This document shows, piece by piece, positions 1-9,365 of a DNA stretch of 64,000 nt. Position numbers and translations under genes: made by a program. Source of the stretch: Fimbriimonadales bacterium (GTDB lineage Bacteria; Armatimonadota; Fimbriimonadia; Fimbriimonadales; ATM1). Location: assembly GCA_041744215.1 (NCBI GenBank), contig JBGTLG010000032.1, positions 1 to 64,000 of the forward strand. Direction: 5' to 3'. Position 1 is the stretch's first letter. Each line of letters starts with the position of its first letter. The notes under the pieces were generated by a model. That model had not been told where the DNA came from, did not search any database, and was given only the letters and a program-made list of their open reading frames with translations.

Positions 1-873
1 GCCTTGCTGGCCCGCGGTGCTGATGTCTGGGATTCGGTAGGGTGATTCCGAGGCGCCTCCAAAGACATTTTCGGTGTTGATGTAGGCGACCACCATCAAA
101 TCGTAGCTTCCACGCAATCGAGTCCCTGTGCCTGTAATCGCGAGCCCTCGAACGCTTGCGATGTAACCGGGGATGTCATTCCATGAGCGTACGTGCGCGA
201 CGATTTGCTCGTAGGTTCCTTCAACCGTGATTCTGCCTGCGGGCAGGAAAGCGACAGGGAACGGGAGGGCCGGGTAGTTGAAGTAAAACTGTACGAGTTC
301 GTTGGCCAAGTCGGTCGGGAATGGCACTCGAATGTCGTCGTGCGGGATGTTGTGAATCATCCGGTAGCGAGCTTCCCAGTAGTTGCGATCACGCTGGAAG
401 ATGGCTTCCATCGCTGTGGAGTTGCCGCCGGCGCCAGCGTAAACGGTCGTAGCCATCTGCCTCGCTCCGTCAGTTATGTCCTGGGGAGTTGCGCTCAGAA
501 TCCGCACTCCGCTCCTGACGATCCAATCGCGGATGTCGCGCTCAACTTGCCCATGCCACTGTCTGGCATCAACTGTGAGTTGCCAGCGGTGTGGCGTGAG
601 GTCGATCCGGCTGGAGGCAGGCGTCTTGCGTTCTGCGACGACCTTCCAGTCCTGCTCTGCGTCCTCAACGGTTTTCAAGGCGAGCCTTACTCGCTCTCTT
701 GCCGCTTCTTGGCTTGTCGGCGACACGATCTGCGTTAGCTTGGCGTGGTAGGCCTCATACGACTTGATTTCTTCCTTGGTCTTTTGAATCGACAGGAAGT
801 AGAAGCCGGCCCAGGTAACCGCTATGAGCACCGCCGCGCAGACTATGAATGTTATTGGACTGAGTCTAAACAT
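1..873 (-). CDS. PilO-like type IV pilus assembly protein (partial, runs off window)
   Basis: Not in the ORF track. I translated from ATG 873: MFRLSPITFIVCAAVLIAVTWAGFYFLSIQKTKEEIKS... (N-terminal TM then helical region). The frame is still open at the window edge (...SPYRIPDISTAGQQG). GAGG RBS upstream; follows pilM-pilN. Confidence 0.7.
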   Translation of the reverse strand, partial: MFRLSPITFIVCAAVLIAVTWAGFYFLSIQKTKEEIKSYEAYHAKLTQIVSPTSQEAARERVRLALKTVEDAEQDWKVVAERKTPASSRIDLTPHRWQLTVDARQWHGQVERDIRDWIVRSGVRILSATPQDITDGARQMATTVYAGAGGNSTAMEAIFQRDRNYWEARYRMIHNIPHDDIRVPFPTDLANELVQFYFNYPALPFPVAFLPAGRITVEGTYEQIVAHVRSWNDIPGYIASVRGLAITGTGTRLRGSYDLMVVAYINTENVFGGASESPYRIPDISTAGQQG

Positions 874-892
874 CTGTGATATGCCTCGTCGA

Positions 893-1645
893 TTAGCCGC
901 CAGGCCCCATCATCGGGCCACCTCTTCCTCCTGCAGACGGGGCAGGTCCAGCAGGTGGCGCACCCGTTCTGGCAGCGGGGCCTCCTTGGCCGGGGGCCGG
1001 GCCGGATCCCGCAGCGGCGAGTGTTGCCCTGGCGTCGGGAGCGCGAAGATCGCGATTCAGTTGCAAAGTGATGGTGACAGCCGACCAGCCTGGGATTGCA
1101 CCTCGGTCGGACACTTCCGGGTCGTACGCGAATGGCCCTTCATCTCCTTCGGGGACGGGGCCGAATCCGTTACGGCCGATTTGGACCACGCTTGGACATC
1201 TGAGAAGGGCGATCATAACGTCGCTGTATTGCTGAAACGACCGGAGATAACCAGAGATAGTCATCACGCTGGTTCGCTCGCCGGTTGATTGCGCGTTGAA
1301 AGTTCGGACGCGGAAAAACGAGGGGATGTACTCCTTGACCTCGTCGTAGGCGTCCGGGTACGCCGTGTTCGATGCGACGATTTGATCGTAAAGCGCTTTG
1401 TTCGTCAGAACGATCTGCGCCTTGGCCACGATCTCGTCGGCTTCCTTGGTCGCCCGGACTACCTCGTCGGCCGACACCTTCATTTGAGCGGTGTCATCCT
1501 TCCAGGACTGGAGCGTCATTTGGAGGCTCTGGTTGTACATGAACGCGGCGACCAGCGAAACAAGAACGGCTGCCAGCGCGACAACAAAGATCGTCTTGCT
1601 CGCAGCGCCTTTGGCTGCCGTTTTCGGGATCAGGTTTAGCTTCAT
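893..1645 (-). CDS. pilN: PilN-like type IV pilus assembly protein
   Basis: N-terminal LNLIP (INLLP-like PilM-binding motif), TM helix, coiled coil; directly downstream of pilM. Confidence 0.8.
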   Translation of the reverse strand: MKLNLIPKTAAKGAASKTIFVVALAAVLVSLVAAFMYNQSLQMTLQSWKDDTAQMKVSADEVVRATKEADEIVAKAQIVLTNKALYDQIVASNTAYPDAYDEVKEYIPSFFRVRTFNAQSTGERTSVMTISGYLRSFQQYSDVMIALLRCPSVVQIGRNGFGPVPEGDEGPFAYDPEVSDRGAIPGWSAVTITLQLNRDLRAPDARATLAAAGSGPAPGQGGPAARTGAPPAGPAPSAGGRGGPMMGPGG

Positions 1646-1660
1646 CCGTGATCTCTCTAC

Positions 1661-2830
1661 TTAGTCATAGGCAACATGCAGGCCCATACCTACAGCCACC
1701 GAAAATTCTGATGCTCGATCGCGCCTCAAGGTTTCAGCGTCACCCGAGAGCATGACCGACAGGTTGGCAAATGGATCAACCTTTGAGGTCGGAAGCCCCA
1801 AGGATCGACCGACGTATTCAACCATACCCTTCATATTGGCTCCGCCGCCGCTCATCGCGATGGCGTCTACCTCGCCGCCTCGGCTCTTGAAGTAGTCAAT
1901 CGACCTGCGAATCTCTGCAGCGAACTCCTCAAGCGTACCCGCCATTGCCTGGTAGATTGCGCCAGCCTCAGGTGTTGGGGTGATTGCCGAGCCGGTGTCT
2001 TCGCCGCCCTCTCCACCTTCGCTAAAGGGGTTGTACGGCTGGACGATGGTCGGGCCCGCCATTCCGGCTGAGCTAGCGACTGCATCGGGGATTGATGCTT
2101 CCGAAACTTTTCGGTTCTCCGCCTCGGTCATCGTGAGGCCCATTCCATCGGAAATCGCCTTCGTGAGCATCGAGCCTCCCATCGGAACCGGTCTTGGGAA
2201 AGCGAGCACGCCCTCTCGATACATATTGATTGAGGTCGTGGAGTGGCCCATGTGAACGAAGCAGACGTTCTTGACGGCGAGATCGTTGTAGTGGCACGAT
2301 TTGATTACTCGGGCCAGGCCCAAAGGTTCGACGTCGATCGCGCCAGCCTTGCATCCGGCTGCCCGAATCAGCGTCAAAACCGTCTCGACTGCGCTTCGAG
2401 GCGAAACCGCCATAACGACTTCCATGTTTTGGGTGCCGGCGAGGCTTGGATTGTCCAGCGGTCGGAAGTCGCTGACAACGTTGGTCTCAGCGAACGGGAT
2501 GTTCCTTTGGATCTCCCACTGCATATGGTCTGCGAGCTCGCTGTCACTCATCCTCGGCACTTCAAGGATCCGGACCACGACCGCGGACTGCCCGGCAATA
2601 CAAAAGACGACGTCTTTGACCCCGCCTGATGTGGATGCGATAAGCCCCTTGACGACCGCGCCGAGCGACTGCGCATCAAAGATTCCGGTGTGGTCGACGG
2701 TGCCCTCGGGGGTGGCTGCGATTCCGAGCCCGGTAATCGCATAGCCGTCCTTGGTCGATTTAACTGTTGCTGCCTTGATGGTTTGCGTGCCGATGTCAAT
2801 GCCCACGGCCGCTGGTAGTCGTTTAGCCAT
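1661..2830 (-). CDS. pilM: Type IV pilus assembly protein PilM (actin-like)
   Basis: VGIDIGTQTIK, IDVEPLGL, VHMGHSTT, EIRRSIDYF, MSGGGA, VAVGMGL motifs. Confidence 0.95.
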   Translation of the reverse strand: MAKRLPAAVGIDIGTQTIKAATVKSTKDGYAITGLGIAATPEGTVDHTGIFDAQSLGAVVKGLIASTSGGVKDVVFCIAGQSAVVVRILEVPRMSDSELADHMQWEIQRNIPFAETNVVSDFRPLDNPSLAGTQNMEVVMAVSPRSAVETVLTLIRAAGCKAGAIDVEPLGLARVIKSCHYNDLAVKNVCFVHMGHSTTSINMYREGVLAFPRPVPMGGSMLTKAISDGMGLTMTEAENRKVSEASIPDAVASSAGMAGPTIVQPYNPFSEGGEGGEDTGSAITPTPEAGAIYQAMAGTLEEFAAEIRRSIDYFKSRGGEVDAIAMSGGGANMKGMVEYVGRSLGLPTSKVDPFANLSVMLSGDAETLRRDRASEFSVAVGMGLHVAYD

Positions 2831-2918
2831 CCGTCCTCCAATCCATGATGGATCAAGCCATCATATCTGTCCCCCAGGTTACCCGTGAACAGGGGGCACT
2901 TGCGCGTCGCGAACTAAG

Positions 2919-2944
2919 GACGAAGGAGGAGTCCCGGTTGGTTC
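2919..2944 (-). promoter_or_regulatory. ECF-sigma-type promoter GAAC-N18-CGTC upstream of pilM, inside an inverted repeat (2922-2953)
   Basis: Minus strand GAGAAC caaccgggactcctcctt CGTC; motif recurs at four other intergenic sites. Confidence 0.55.
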
Positions 2945-2984
2945 TCCTCCTTCTGTCATTTTTTGGGCGATTTTCGCCTCAGTT

Positions 2985-5900
2985 CTAGTTGCCGACGACT
3001 GTTGGTCCGAGCTTCGGCGCGAGGGATATGTAGTAGATGTCTCGGGAGCCAGCGCGCGTGCTGGTGAAGAAGAACCACACCAGGCCAGTACGAAGGTTTG
3101 CGGGGTCATCGAACATGTCGGGGGACGCCGAGACGCTGTCTTCGTCTACGGCTTGCTCGATTGGCACAGGCTGCTCGACGAGTTCTGACTGCCAGATCAC
3201 CGGGGCCGTGACGTTCGAGAACTGGAGGACTCCGTTATCGTCGCGATATCCGAAGTTCACCGTAACGATCTGCCCCTCGTCCACGACGTCGAAGTAGATA
3301 TTGCCTCTTGCTGGGTCGACTTGGTAGAACGCGCCCGTCATTCCAGCGACGCTCACGTTGGCAACTCCATTGGTGACCGCTATTGGGCCTCCCGTTTGCA
3401 CGGTGAGCCTCTGAGTCTTCATGTACGGCCGCTTGGCTTGGCCGGGGCCGGTCGCCGCCCGCTCGTAGAAGTGCCACATTCGTGAGACTCGCGGGGTCGC
3501 TCCCGGAGGAATCGGCACGTTGCCAGAGGTCATATAGAAGTTGCGATTCCAGTCGAATCGCCGATCGAGGAACGAACTCGGGTTGGTGTGCCCGCCCGTT
3601 GCTCCAAGTTCACTGATCCGAAGGATGCGCGGTGTGTACCGGATCTCGAGTGCCATGTTTGCCAGCGGCGGTTGGCTCGAGAACCGAATCACGCCGGTGT
3701 GCGGATCGAAGTAGATTTTGCCACCCAGCTGGCTGTCGGCCGAGATAACGCCGGTCGCTTCATCGATCGTCCTGCTCGCCGGGATATCGATGCGAACTGG
3801 CGCCTGATTGGGACGCCTGATCCACGCTTCGACCGGTCGACGGGCGTTCCAGTTAACGCCGCGGGTTCTGAATGTGCCATCGGCCTGGCGGAATGCGGAC
3901 TCTCTGTCGCGCTCGGGCTGCTCAATCAGATTGCGGAGCCGGCCTACTCCGTCAGTCACCCAGCCGCCATAGTAGATTTCAGGCTGAGCCGCGTCTCTGA
4001 GGAGACCGGTGAAGACGATGTCGATGCGCGTCGCTCCCACCCCGTCGCGCTCGATGGGAGTTGGAGCCCAGGTTTCGGCGAAACCCGCACCCGGATCGAC
4101 CGGGATGTTGGGCGACCAGTTCGCGGTTTGGTCACCGGAGCCTCCACCTGGGTTCAGCCGAGCGTTGTGGAACATCATCGACTTGCCATTCATGCTTGTG
4201 TGCCAGAACGCGACGAGTCCGGAAGCACCAAACGCCATCGGTCGTATCCGCTTCTTTTCAAGGTCGACGTTGGTTACCAGCCAAGACGGGCTGGCAACTT
4301 GCGGTGTGCCACCACCAGGCTGTACGGTGTATGGCGCGTAGAACAGCCGGTGCTCGCGCTTCGGTGCGGCTCCAGCATCCTTTACGGCTGTACCGCTCCA
4401 GAACACGAAGCTGTTCACAGTTTGGTTGGGCCCTGTCGGCCTGGTGTTCACCAGGAAGGACGGGTCGCTGTAGTTGGGCGTACCGACGACGACCCCGGGA
4501 GTTCCAGCGAAAAGCGTTGAGCCTGGCTCGGTGGGCATCGGCCCGGCGAACGGGTCCCAAAGCCTTGTCTGGCTGGTAGGTGTCCAGCCCATCAGGTCGC
4601 GCAACGGGCTCACACCGCCGATTTGAGAGGGGCCAATCCCAGCAAACGTTCCAAAGAACAGGTTCCAGTTGTCGACTGGCTGGCTAACTGCAGGCGAATT
4701 CGCAACTTGCGGTCGGTTCGCCATCCACGCCATGTGGAGATTGCCGAGACCATCTCGGAAGCCACTTGGCGCGGTGTTCGTCCACGTAAAGTTGCTCGGC
4801 GCAATCGTTGCGTCGATGTGCTCAGCCGTCCCTGTCGTGCGGCCTCCAGTGAGCCTCGATTCGCGGACCAGGAACTTGACGAGCATGGTCGGATCGGAGA
4901 ACGCCTCAAGCGGGAGACCATTGACGTCGATGGCAAGCGCGCGGTCGTTTTGCCCGCCCACGAGCCAGCTGTCTTCGATAACGTTGATTCGCCGAGAGTG
5001 CTCTCCAACCGGGAATCCCGGCGGGATCGCAACGCCAATCACAGGTCTGCTGTCGGGAGCAGGAGTGACGCCATAAGGAACGTCCGGCACGGTCATTCGG
5101 GTCGGGAATCGATCGCCGACGCGCGCCTTGTGGAGTGTTGCACGCGGATTGCCGCTCGCATCCAGCGCTCCGAGATTCGGAGCGTATGGCGGGTTGATGT
5201 TTGTGACGATATTCGGGAATCCATCGAGCCACGCGAGCGGGTCGTTTGCATCTGCGACGAATCCGACCGACAAGTAGTTCGGGCCTGGATACTGAGCGAC
5301 ACGAGTCGCGACACGCAGGTCAAGCAAGTTGACGTTGCCTTCGTTGTGCACCGTGAACGGCTGGAAGAAGTTTCTGAACGGCGTACCAGTGGAGATGTCC
5401 GGTATGAACAGGTTGCCTGGCGCATAAGGAGATGCCGTTGTGTATCCGAGGCTGTGCGGCAGCGCGCCGAGATCAACGGTCGGCTCTGCAATCGAGATGT
5501 TTTCGTCTACCGGCACGGAACCGCCGACAATCAAATCGCGATAGGCTTCCCTTCTCTGGACCGAGGGCGGCCCCGCCAGGGTTGACTCAAGACCGTCTGG
5601 GCGGCCGTTGTTGTTTGAGTCGACGAACAGGATTGCCTGGGATCGATAGCCACCGTTTAGCGTCTCACCCGAGGCATCTACAAACTGAGTCAGGTTCGGC
5701 GGCTGGTAGCGCTCTACGCTGAGCGTGAACTGGAACGGCACGCCTTGGATCTCGCGAACCAGCGGGTTATTCGGGTCGAAGTTGACCGGCGGCCGAAGCT
5801 GAGCTGGCGTCAATAGCGGATTTCGGGCAACGCCGAATGGATCCGCCACCAAGCCGAGATTGGATCGGTCGATATCGGGATAGTCAAGGCTGAGGTTCGG

Positions 5901-8900
5901 AATCTCGAATGGCAGCTGCTCCCAAGCAGGAACGTACGGCAACGGCTTGATGACGGCCGCTGCGCCGCCTTGCCAAACGGCGTCTCCTCGGATCATCCGT
6001 ACATTCGAGAGTCCTTGTCCGGTGAGCTCAAGGATTCGACTTCTGTCACCCACGAAGAAGTTCGTATTGCCGCTCTGCCCGTGGACCACTTGTCCGGCCG
6101 AACTCATGAGGGCCTTTCCGGGCAAGGACCCATTGAGCAAGTTCTCAGGATCGTTGGGCGTGGTCGTCCAGCCCATGGACTTGTTCGCCGGTGGAGTGCC
6201 TATGTAGCTGGTTGCAGTCGTGAACGTAATCGGGTTCGCGACTGTGACTAAGCGGGCGTCTACGAATGGCGGATTGAAGACCCGACCTTGATCGATCACT
6301 TCGATATCGACTCGAATCTGATCGCCCGGAGTGAAGAAGTTGTTGCCGGTAGCGTTGATGGGAATGCCTGCGACGGCGAAGCCGCTGCCCGGATTGCCGG
6401 GGGTTGCGCCAGCGACAAGCTCGGCGGGCCGATCCACGCGGATGTTCAGTCCGCCGGGCCCACGGACAGTGAACCGAATTGTCGGCGCGGGGTCCGGTGG
6501 CGCGGGGAATTCGAAGTCGTACGCCAGGATGTACATCGTCTCGCCCCACTCAAGCGCGGGGATCGTTGGAGGCGGGAAGAGATCTGGGATCGTCACCGGG
6601 TCGCCGACAGGCGGTGACTGGCGTAGGTTCTCGTAGTTCGGCCTCGAGATGAACTTAAACTTTATGTTGTCGTAGCCAGGGATCGGGTCGTCAGGGGTCG
6701 CGATTTGCTGACCTGGCGGCGTTGGGAATCCGGGATCGTTGGAAATCGTCCCGCCTGTCGAGAACGCGTACAAGTAGCCGTCTGTCCCTGCGTGGTACAG
6801 CCAACCATATGCGGCCGACGGGGATGCGAAGATGCTCTCGCCTCGGGACTGCCATCCCCAAGCAAGGCGGGTCCCCGCGCTGTTTTGGTGTGCCGGGTTC
6901 GCATACATGGCGAGGAACTGCCCCGCGTTCGTTCCGAAGGTCACGAGCGGGAAGGCTGCTCCGAGCCCGGATGGAACGAACTGCGTGAAGTACGGAGAGC
7001 TCTGGATTCCGGTTTGGATTTCAGGGGAATCGAAAAGCATCGTTCCGTCGGTCGCCTGCAGTCCATAGTAATGCCCGTTGTCATTGACAAAGAACACCAT
7101 GTCTGTGGGGGGGGCAGGCAAGCCGAGCCGCGCGATCGGCACGTACGCGACGGACGTGTATGTAAACGGAAAGAGTCCTGCAGCCGGCGGGTTCGGGAAC
7201 GTCCAGTTGGCTCCTGCCGCACCGGAGTTGTTCACGTCGCGCGCATAGACTCGACCATCAAACGACGGGAAGATGACTCTGCCACCACCTACCGTCGGTG
7301 TTGACGAGAGTGCTCCAACCGGAATGTCCGTCAACGCGGGCCATGCCCAATTCAGCGTTGTTTGCTGATTGCCGCTTCCAGTTGCATCAAGTGCGAAGAT
7401 TCGGCCTTCAGTTCCGGCGGCAAAAATCTGATTTGTCGCAGGGTCATACGCGACCGATGCAACGAAAGCTGGGCGCGCTGCCTCAAGCGTCACCACTCCT
7501 CCAGCAAAAGACGCGCGTGGCCATGTCCATTCTCGGCGCGCTGTACCGATCAATCCGGTGGTGGTGTCGTAATCGCCCCGGCCTTCACAATCAATAGCAT
7601 AGACGCGTCCGTTCGTTGACGCGATGAACAAGATGTCGCGTCCTCCAATGTTGTGAACCAGCATTGAAGATGCGCTAAACGAACCCGGCAACGGGATGCG
7701 ATTGCCTTCGGGTCCGTCGACAGCATCGTTCGGGTCTCTCCAGCTTGGATCGTTGACGTCGGGGATGGAGGGATAGGACCAATACACCGTCGTTCCGCCC
7801 GATCCATTACCGCGTGCATCGATACAATAGATTCTTCCGTCCTCGGCAGCGACGAACACGACCTCTGTAGGTTGGAGCGTCGTGTCGGAACGCCGAATGT
7901 TCACGTTTGCAATCGTTGGAGTCGCGTAGATTGCGGCGGTGTTTCGACCGACGAACATCACAGCATCGGCTGCAACGCGACGGCCTGCGTCTCCGGGGTT
8001 GTTGCTGTAGTTCCAAACTTGGACCTCGAGCCCGCCTGAGAGTGGATCATTTCGATAGGATCGCGTTCCGATGCGAACCCACTGGCCGCCAAGGCTGTCT
8101 TGGTCGACAAAGAATTCGTGTTGCGTTCCGTTCTCGTTGATGATGTAACGCGCGGCGCGCGCCTGCAAGACGCCTCCCCCGCTGGGCGGGAACCATACAT
8201 AGACATCAAAGAGATTGTCTTCGGCGATGGTTGGAGTCCAGCGCGCTACGGCGCCGCCCGGATAAATCAATGAGACTGGAGCATCGGCGTAGTCGGTTCC
8301 GAAGAAACCTGGAGCCGCTGGAACGGCCGGATTTGTCCAGCCGGGATCCGCGTTAAAGACTGGGTTTGAGTTGTCGTAAACGAGATTCGCGTTCGTTACG
8401 AGCGATGGCGCCCAGGTCCACCTTTGGAGGCTTGCGTTGGGGTTAGCAGCGTCGGACCAAAGACCGTAGACTCTGCCGTTCTGGATTTCGAGCGATCCAT
8501 CGGGATCGGTCGGATCGACTCGCGATTCGTTTCGGGCAGATACTACGATGGAGTCGAACGGATTCGGGCCGACGTTTCGGACGACTGGCGACGCAAAGAT
8601 CGAGCCTGGACTTGGAACGCCAAGCGCAGAGTCAGCGGCGACAATGTGATTGGGAACAGGGCCCATCAGCTGATCTTGATCGTCTCGCGGGACTGTGTTG
8701 TAAAGCGTGATTGTGATCTGGCCCGTCGGGCCTGAGTTGAAGATTCGATCTTGCGTACCGAGATTGCGCCCGATTCGCGCCCAGTAACCACCGCCCTGGT
8801 GAGGAACGATGTCTGTAAAAGTTTGTCCTGTTCCAAAACCAACTCGGTAGACTGCAAAGTTACTATTCGGTATCAGCACTCCGCCTGCTCGAGTTCCGCT

Positions 8901-9347
8901 TGTTGGGAACCAGACGTACACCGCGTAATTCGTGTTTGGCGTTCCGGTCAGTGTCCATTGCGCCGTTGCGGTTGCGCCTGCTGTCGGATCATTTGTGTTG
9001 GCGGTGCTTGGAACGACAAAAGCGTATCGGTATGGATTCGCGCCGCTGCCTCTCCAATCTGGTGATTCGTCGACGGGTGACGGTGTGAACCAAGCTCCGG
9101 TTGGCTCTGCATAACCTGCTCCGACGTTGTCGATTGTGATGTCTGCGCCTACGGTGCTTTGGAGAGGGTGCCACCATCTTAGGTTTGCGAAACCAGGTCC
9201 CGGATCGGTCGGACTTGGGTTGAGACCCTGTCGTTCGTTGTTGCCTCTGTGCGTTTGGCTGGGGCCCTGCGCAAAGGCAGCGCCGACGAGCGCTGATAGC
9301 GCGATCGTCGCCACTGCTGTCAATACTATGTTCTTTGTTCGGCTCAT
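2985..9347 (-). CDS. Giant secreted protein (2120 aa): two golvesin/xanthan-lyase-C-like domains, PQQ-like beta-propeller; candidate PilY1-like adhesin
   Basis: Signal peptide ending AFA. Two A-x-W-T...VYVWFP...GG-x-W-x-RIG...VAAD repeats; repeated DGRIY/NGRVY/EGRIF/DGYLY blades; DSNNNGRPD Ca-loop; follows the minor pilins. Confidence 0.8.
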   Translation of the reverse strand: MSRTKNIVLTAVATIALSALVGAAFAQGPSQTHRGNNERQGLNPSPTDPGPGFANLRWWHPLQSTVGADITIDNVGAGYAEPTGAWFTPSPVDESPDWRGSGANPYRYAFVVPSTANTNDPTAGATATAQWTLTGTPNTNYAVYVWFPTSGTRAGGVLIPNSNFAVYRVGFGTGQTFTDIVPHQGGGYWARIGRNLGTQDRIFNSGPTGQITITLYNTVPRDDQDQLMGPVPNHIVAADSALGVPSPGSIFASPVVRNVGPNPFDSIVVSARNESRVDPTDPDGSLEIQNGRVYGLWSDAANPNASLQRWTWAPSLVTNANLVYDNSNPVFNADPGWTNPAVPAAPGFFGTDYADAPVSLIYPGGAVARWTPTIAEDNLFDVYVWFPPSGGGVLQARAARYIINENGTQHEFFVDQDSLGGQWVRIGTRSYRNDPLSGGLEVQVWNYSNNPGDAGRRVAADAVMFVGRNTAAIYATPTIANVNIRRSDTTLQPTEVVFVAAEDGRIYCIDARGNGSGGTTVYWSYPSIPDVNDPSWRDPNDAVDGPEGNRIPLPGSFSASSMLVHNIGGRDILFIASTNGRVYAIDCEGRGDYDTTTGLIGTARREWTWPRASFAGGVVTLEAARPAFVASVAYDPATNQIFAAGTEGRIFALDATGSGNQQTTLNWAWPALTDIPVGALSSTPTVGGGRVIFPSFDGRVYARDVNNSGAAGANWTFPNPPAAGLFPFTYTSVAYVPIARLGLPAPPTDMVFFVNDNGHYYGLQATDGTMLFDSPEIQTGIQSSPYFTQFVPSGLGAAFPLVTFGTNAGQFLAMYANPAHQNSAGTRLAWGWQSRGESIFASPSAAYGWLYHAGTDGYLYAFSTGGTISNDPGFPTPPGQQIATPDDPIPGYDNIKFKFISRPNYENLRQSPPVGDPVTIPDLFPPPTIPALEWGETMYILAYDFEFPAPPDPAPTIRFTVRGPGGLNIRVDRPAELVAGATPGNPGSGFAVAGIPINATGNNFFTPGDQIRVDIEVIDQGRVFNPPFVDARLVTVANPITFTTATSYIGTPPANKSMGWTTTPNDPENLLNGSLPGKALMSSAGQVVHGQSGNTNFFVGDRSRILELTGQGLSNVRMIRGDAVWQGGAAAVIKPLPYVPAWEQLPFEIPNLSLDYPDIDRSNLGLVADPFGVARNPLLTPAQLRPPVNFDPNNPLVREIQGVPFQFTLSVERYQPPNLTQFVDASGETLNGGYRSQAILFVDSNNNGRPDGLESTLAGPPSVQRREAYRDLIVGGSVPVDENISIAEPTVDLGALPHSLGYTTASPYAPGNLFIPDISTGTPFRNFFQPFTVHNEGNVNLLDLRVATRVAQYPGPNYLSVGFVADANDPLAWLDGFPNIVTNINPPYAPNLGALDASGNPRATLHKARVGDRFPTRMTVPDVPYGVTPAPDSRPVIGVAIPPGFPVGEHSRRINVIEDSWLVGGQNDRALAIDVNGLPLEAFSDPTMLVKFLVRESRLTGGRTTGTAEHIDATIAPSNFTWTNTAPSGFRDGLGNLHMAWMANRPQVANSPAVSQPVDNWNLFFGTFAGIGPSQIGGVSPLRDLMGWTPTSQTRLWDPFAGPMPTEPGSTLFAGTPGVVVGTPNYSDPSFLVNTRPTGPNQTVNSFVFWSGTAVKDAGAAPKREHRLFYAPYTVQPGGGTPQVASPSWLVTNVDLEKKRIRPMAFGASGLVAFWHTSMNGKSMMFHNARLNPGGGSGDQTANWSPNIPVDPGAGFAETWAPTPIERDGVGATRIDIVFTGLLRDAAQPEIYYGGWVTDGVGRLRNLIEQPERDRESAFRQADGTFRTRGVNWNARRPVEAWIRRPNQAPVRIDIPASRTIDEATGVISADSQLGGKIYFDPHTGVIRFSSQPPLANMALEIRYTPRILRISELGATGGHTNPSSFLDRRFDWNRNFYMTSGNVPIPPGATPRVSRMWHFYERAATGPGQAKRPYMKTQRLTVQTGGPIAVTNGVANVSVAGMTGAFYQVDPARGNIYFDVVDEGQIVTVNFGYRDDNGVLQFSNVTAPVIWQSELVEQPVPIEQAVDEDSVSASPDMFDDPANLRTGLVWFFFTSTRAGSRDIYYISLAPKLGPTVVGN

Positions 9348-9365
9348 GGTCTCGTTCTCGTCCTT

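Noticed and set aside
1-873. Absence of pilP/pilQ as a sign of a secretin-less pilus
   Set aside because: The locus is cut by the window edge, so these genes may lie just outside
3588-5585. Long plus-strand ORFs (310 and 320 aa) and similar antisense ORFs elsewhere (15605, 23267, 43552, 55938)
   Set aside because: Shadow frames opposite well-supported genes in GC-rich DNA, with no recognisable motifs
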